Positions 62,301 through 64,000 of a stretch of DNA of 64,000 bases are shown here, piece after piece. Made by a program: the position numbers and the translations under genes. The notes beneath the pieces were generated by a model. That model was given only the letters and a program-made list of their open reading frames with translations. It had not been told where the DNA came from and ran no database searches. Source of the DNA: Tubiluchus corallicola (Eukaryota > Animalia > Priapulida). Within the stretch, counting starts at the first letter, position 1. The number at the start of each line of letters is the position of its first letter. The stretch spans positions 711,880 through 775,879 of the forward strand of contig JAQGDQ010000057.1 of NCBI GenBank assembly GCA_030141605.1, in the 5' to 3' direction.

Positions 62301-64000
62301 ATTGCTGACACAGCCACACTTGCTGTACTACAATGCATAATTGCTAACACAGCTACACTCGCTGTACTACAATGCGTAATTGCTGACATAGCCACACTGT
62401 GTAATACAATGCCTGACTGCTGACACAGGCACACTCTGTACTACAATGCGTAATTGCTGACACAGACACACTCTCTGTACTACAATGCCCGACTGCTGAC
62501 ATAGCCACACTCGTCGTACTACAATGCCTGATTGCTGACACAGGCACACTCTGTACTACAATGCGTAATTGCTGACACAGACACACTCTGTACTACAATG
62601 CCCAACTGCTGACATAGCCACACTCGTCGTACTACAATGCTTGGTTGCTGACACAGGCACTCTTTATATTAGAATGCCTGATTACTGACACAGCCACAGT
62701 CTGTACTACAATGTCTGATTACTGAGAGCCACACTTGCTGTACTACAATGCCTGATTACTGACACAGCCACAGTCTGTACTACAATGTCTGATTACTGAG
62801 AGCCACACTTGCTGTACTACAATGCCTGATTGCTGACACAGCTACACACTCTGTACTACAATGCGTAATTGCTGACACAGCTACACTCGCTGTACTACTA
62901 TGCGTAATTGCTGACACAGCCACACTCGCACTACTTTTTGGGGGTTTGTGGGGTGGTTTTGTGTTTTTGTGTGTGTCTACAATGCTGCTGACAAGACCTT
63001 TAATGCGTAATTTGACACAGGCACACTCTGTACTACAATGCCTGATTGCTGACAGCCACACTTTCTGTACTACAATGCCTGATTGCTGACACAGCCACAC
63101 TCTCTGTACTACAATGCCTGATTGCTGACAGCCACTCTTTCTGTACTACAATGCCTGATTGCTGACACAGCCACACTCTTTCCTACAATGCGTGATTGCT
63201 GACACAGCCACACTCTCTGTACTACAATGCATAATTGCTGACACAGCTACACTCGCTGTACTACAATGCGTAATTGCTGACACAGCCACACTGTGTACTA
63301 CAATGCCTGATTGCTGCCACAGACGCACTCTCTGTACTACAATGCCTGACTGCTGACACAGGCACACTCTGTACTACAATGCGTAATTGCTGACACAGAC
63401 ACACTCTGTACTACAATGCCCGACTGCTGACATAGCCACACTCGTCGTACTACAATGCTGATTGCTGACACAGCACTCTTTATAAATGCCCGACTGCTGA
63501 CACAGGCACTCTTTATATTAGAATGCCTGATTACTGACACAGCCACAGTCTGTACTACAATGTCTGATTACTGAGAGCCACACTTGCTGTACTACAATGC
63601 CTGATTGCTGACACAGCTACACACTCTGTACTACAATGCGTAATTGCTGACACAGCCACACTCGCTGTACCACTATGCGTAATTGCTGACACAGCCACAC
63701 TCGCTGTACTACAATGCATAATTGCTGACACAGCTACACTCGCTGTACTACAATGCGTAATTGCTGACACAGCCACACTGTGTACTACAATGCCTGACTG
63801 CTGACACAGGCACACTCTGTACTACAATGCGTAATTGCTGACACAGACACACTCTCTGTACTACAATGCCTGATTGCTGACATAGCCACACTCGTCGTAC
63901 TACAATGCCTGATTGCTGACACAGCCACACTCTCTGTACTACAATGCCTGATTGCTGACACAGCCACACTCTGTACTACAATGCGTAATTGCTGACACAG
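56357..64000. repeat. 37-39-bp satellite array (>7.6 kb, runs off the window) in an MCMBP intron
   Basis: Unit ctgtactacaatgc(a/g)taattgct(ttc/gac)acagccacactcg, with 37-bp variants and recurring multi-unit blocks. Confidence 0.97.

Noticed and set aside
56366-63969. Dozens of repetitive ORFs (AITHCSTASVAVK and similar)
   Set aside because: They are by-products of a 39-bp monomer divisible by 3; they are open on both strands, broken by 37-bp variants, and lack gene structure.

Overview
AT-rich animal genomic DNA, probably from a protostome invertebrate (inferred from the ionotropic-receptor genes); it is not prokaryotic. The first ~48 kb hold a complete 26-exon insulin-degrading enzyme (IDE) gene on the minus strand (575-47681, 1029 aa by manual splicing). 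It has a candidate Met1/Met42 mitochondrial extension and a C-terminal SKL. Its introns host, on the opposite strand: three intronless ionotropic receptors lacking the amino-terminal domain (intron 19), a 5-exon gene for a secreted Frizzled-CRD protein with an unusual duplicated 'D..G..DYCR..C..AG' C-terminal module (intron 13), and a decayed Gypsy LTR element at the exon 23 donor. The end of IDE exon 11 plus its donor is amplified into a 14-copy 50-bp array that formally reads as in-frame micro-exons. Divergently oriented MCMBP starts at 50450 and runs into a >7.6 kb 37-39-bp satellite. Many transposon remnants are present. All splicing and translation was done by eye; no database searches were run.
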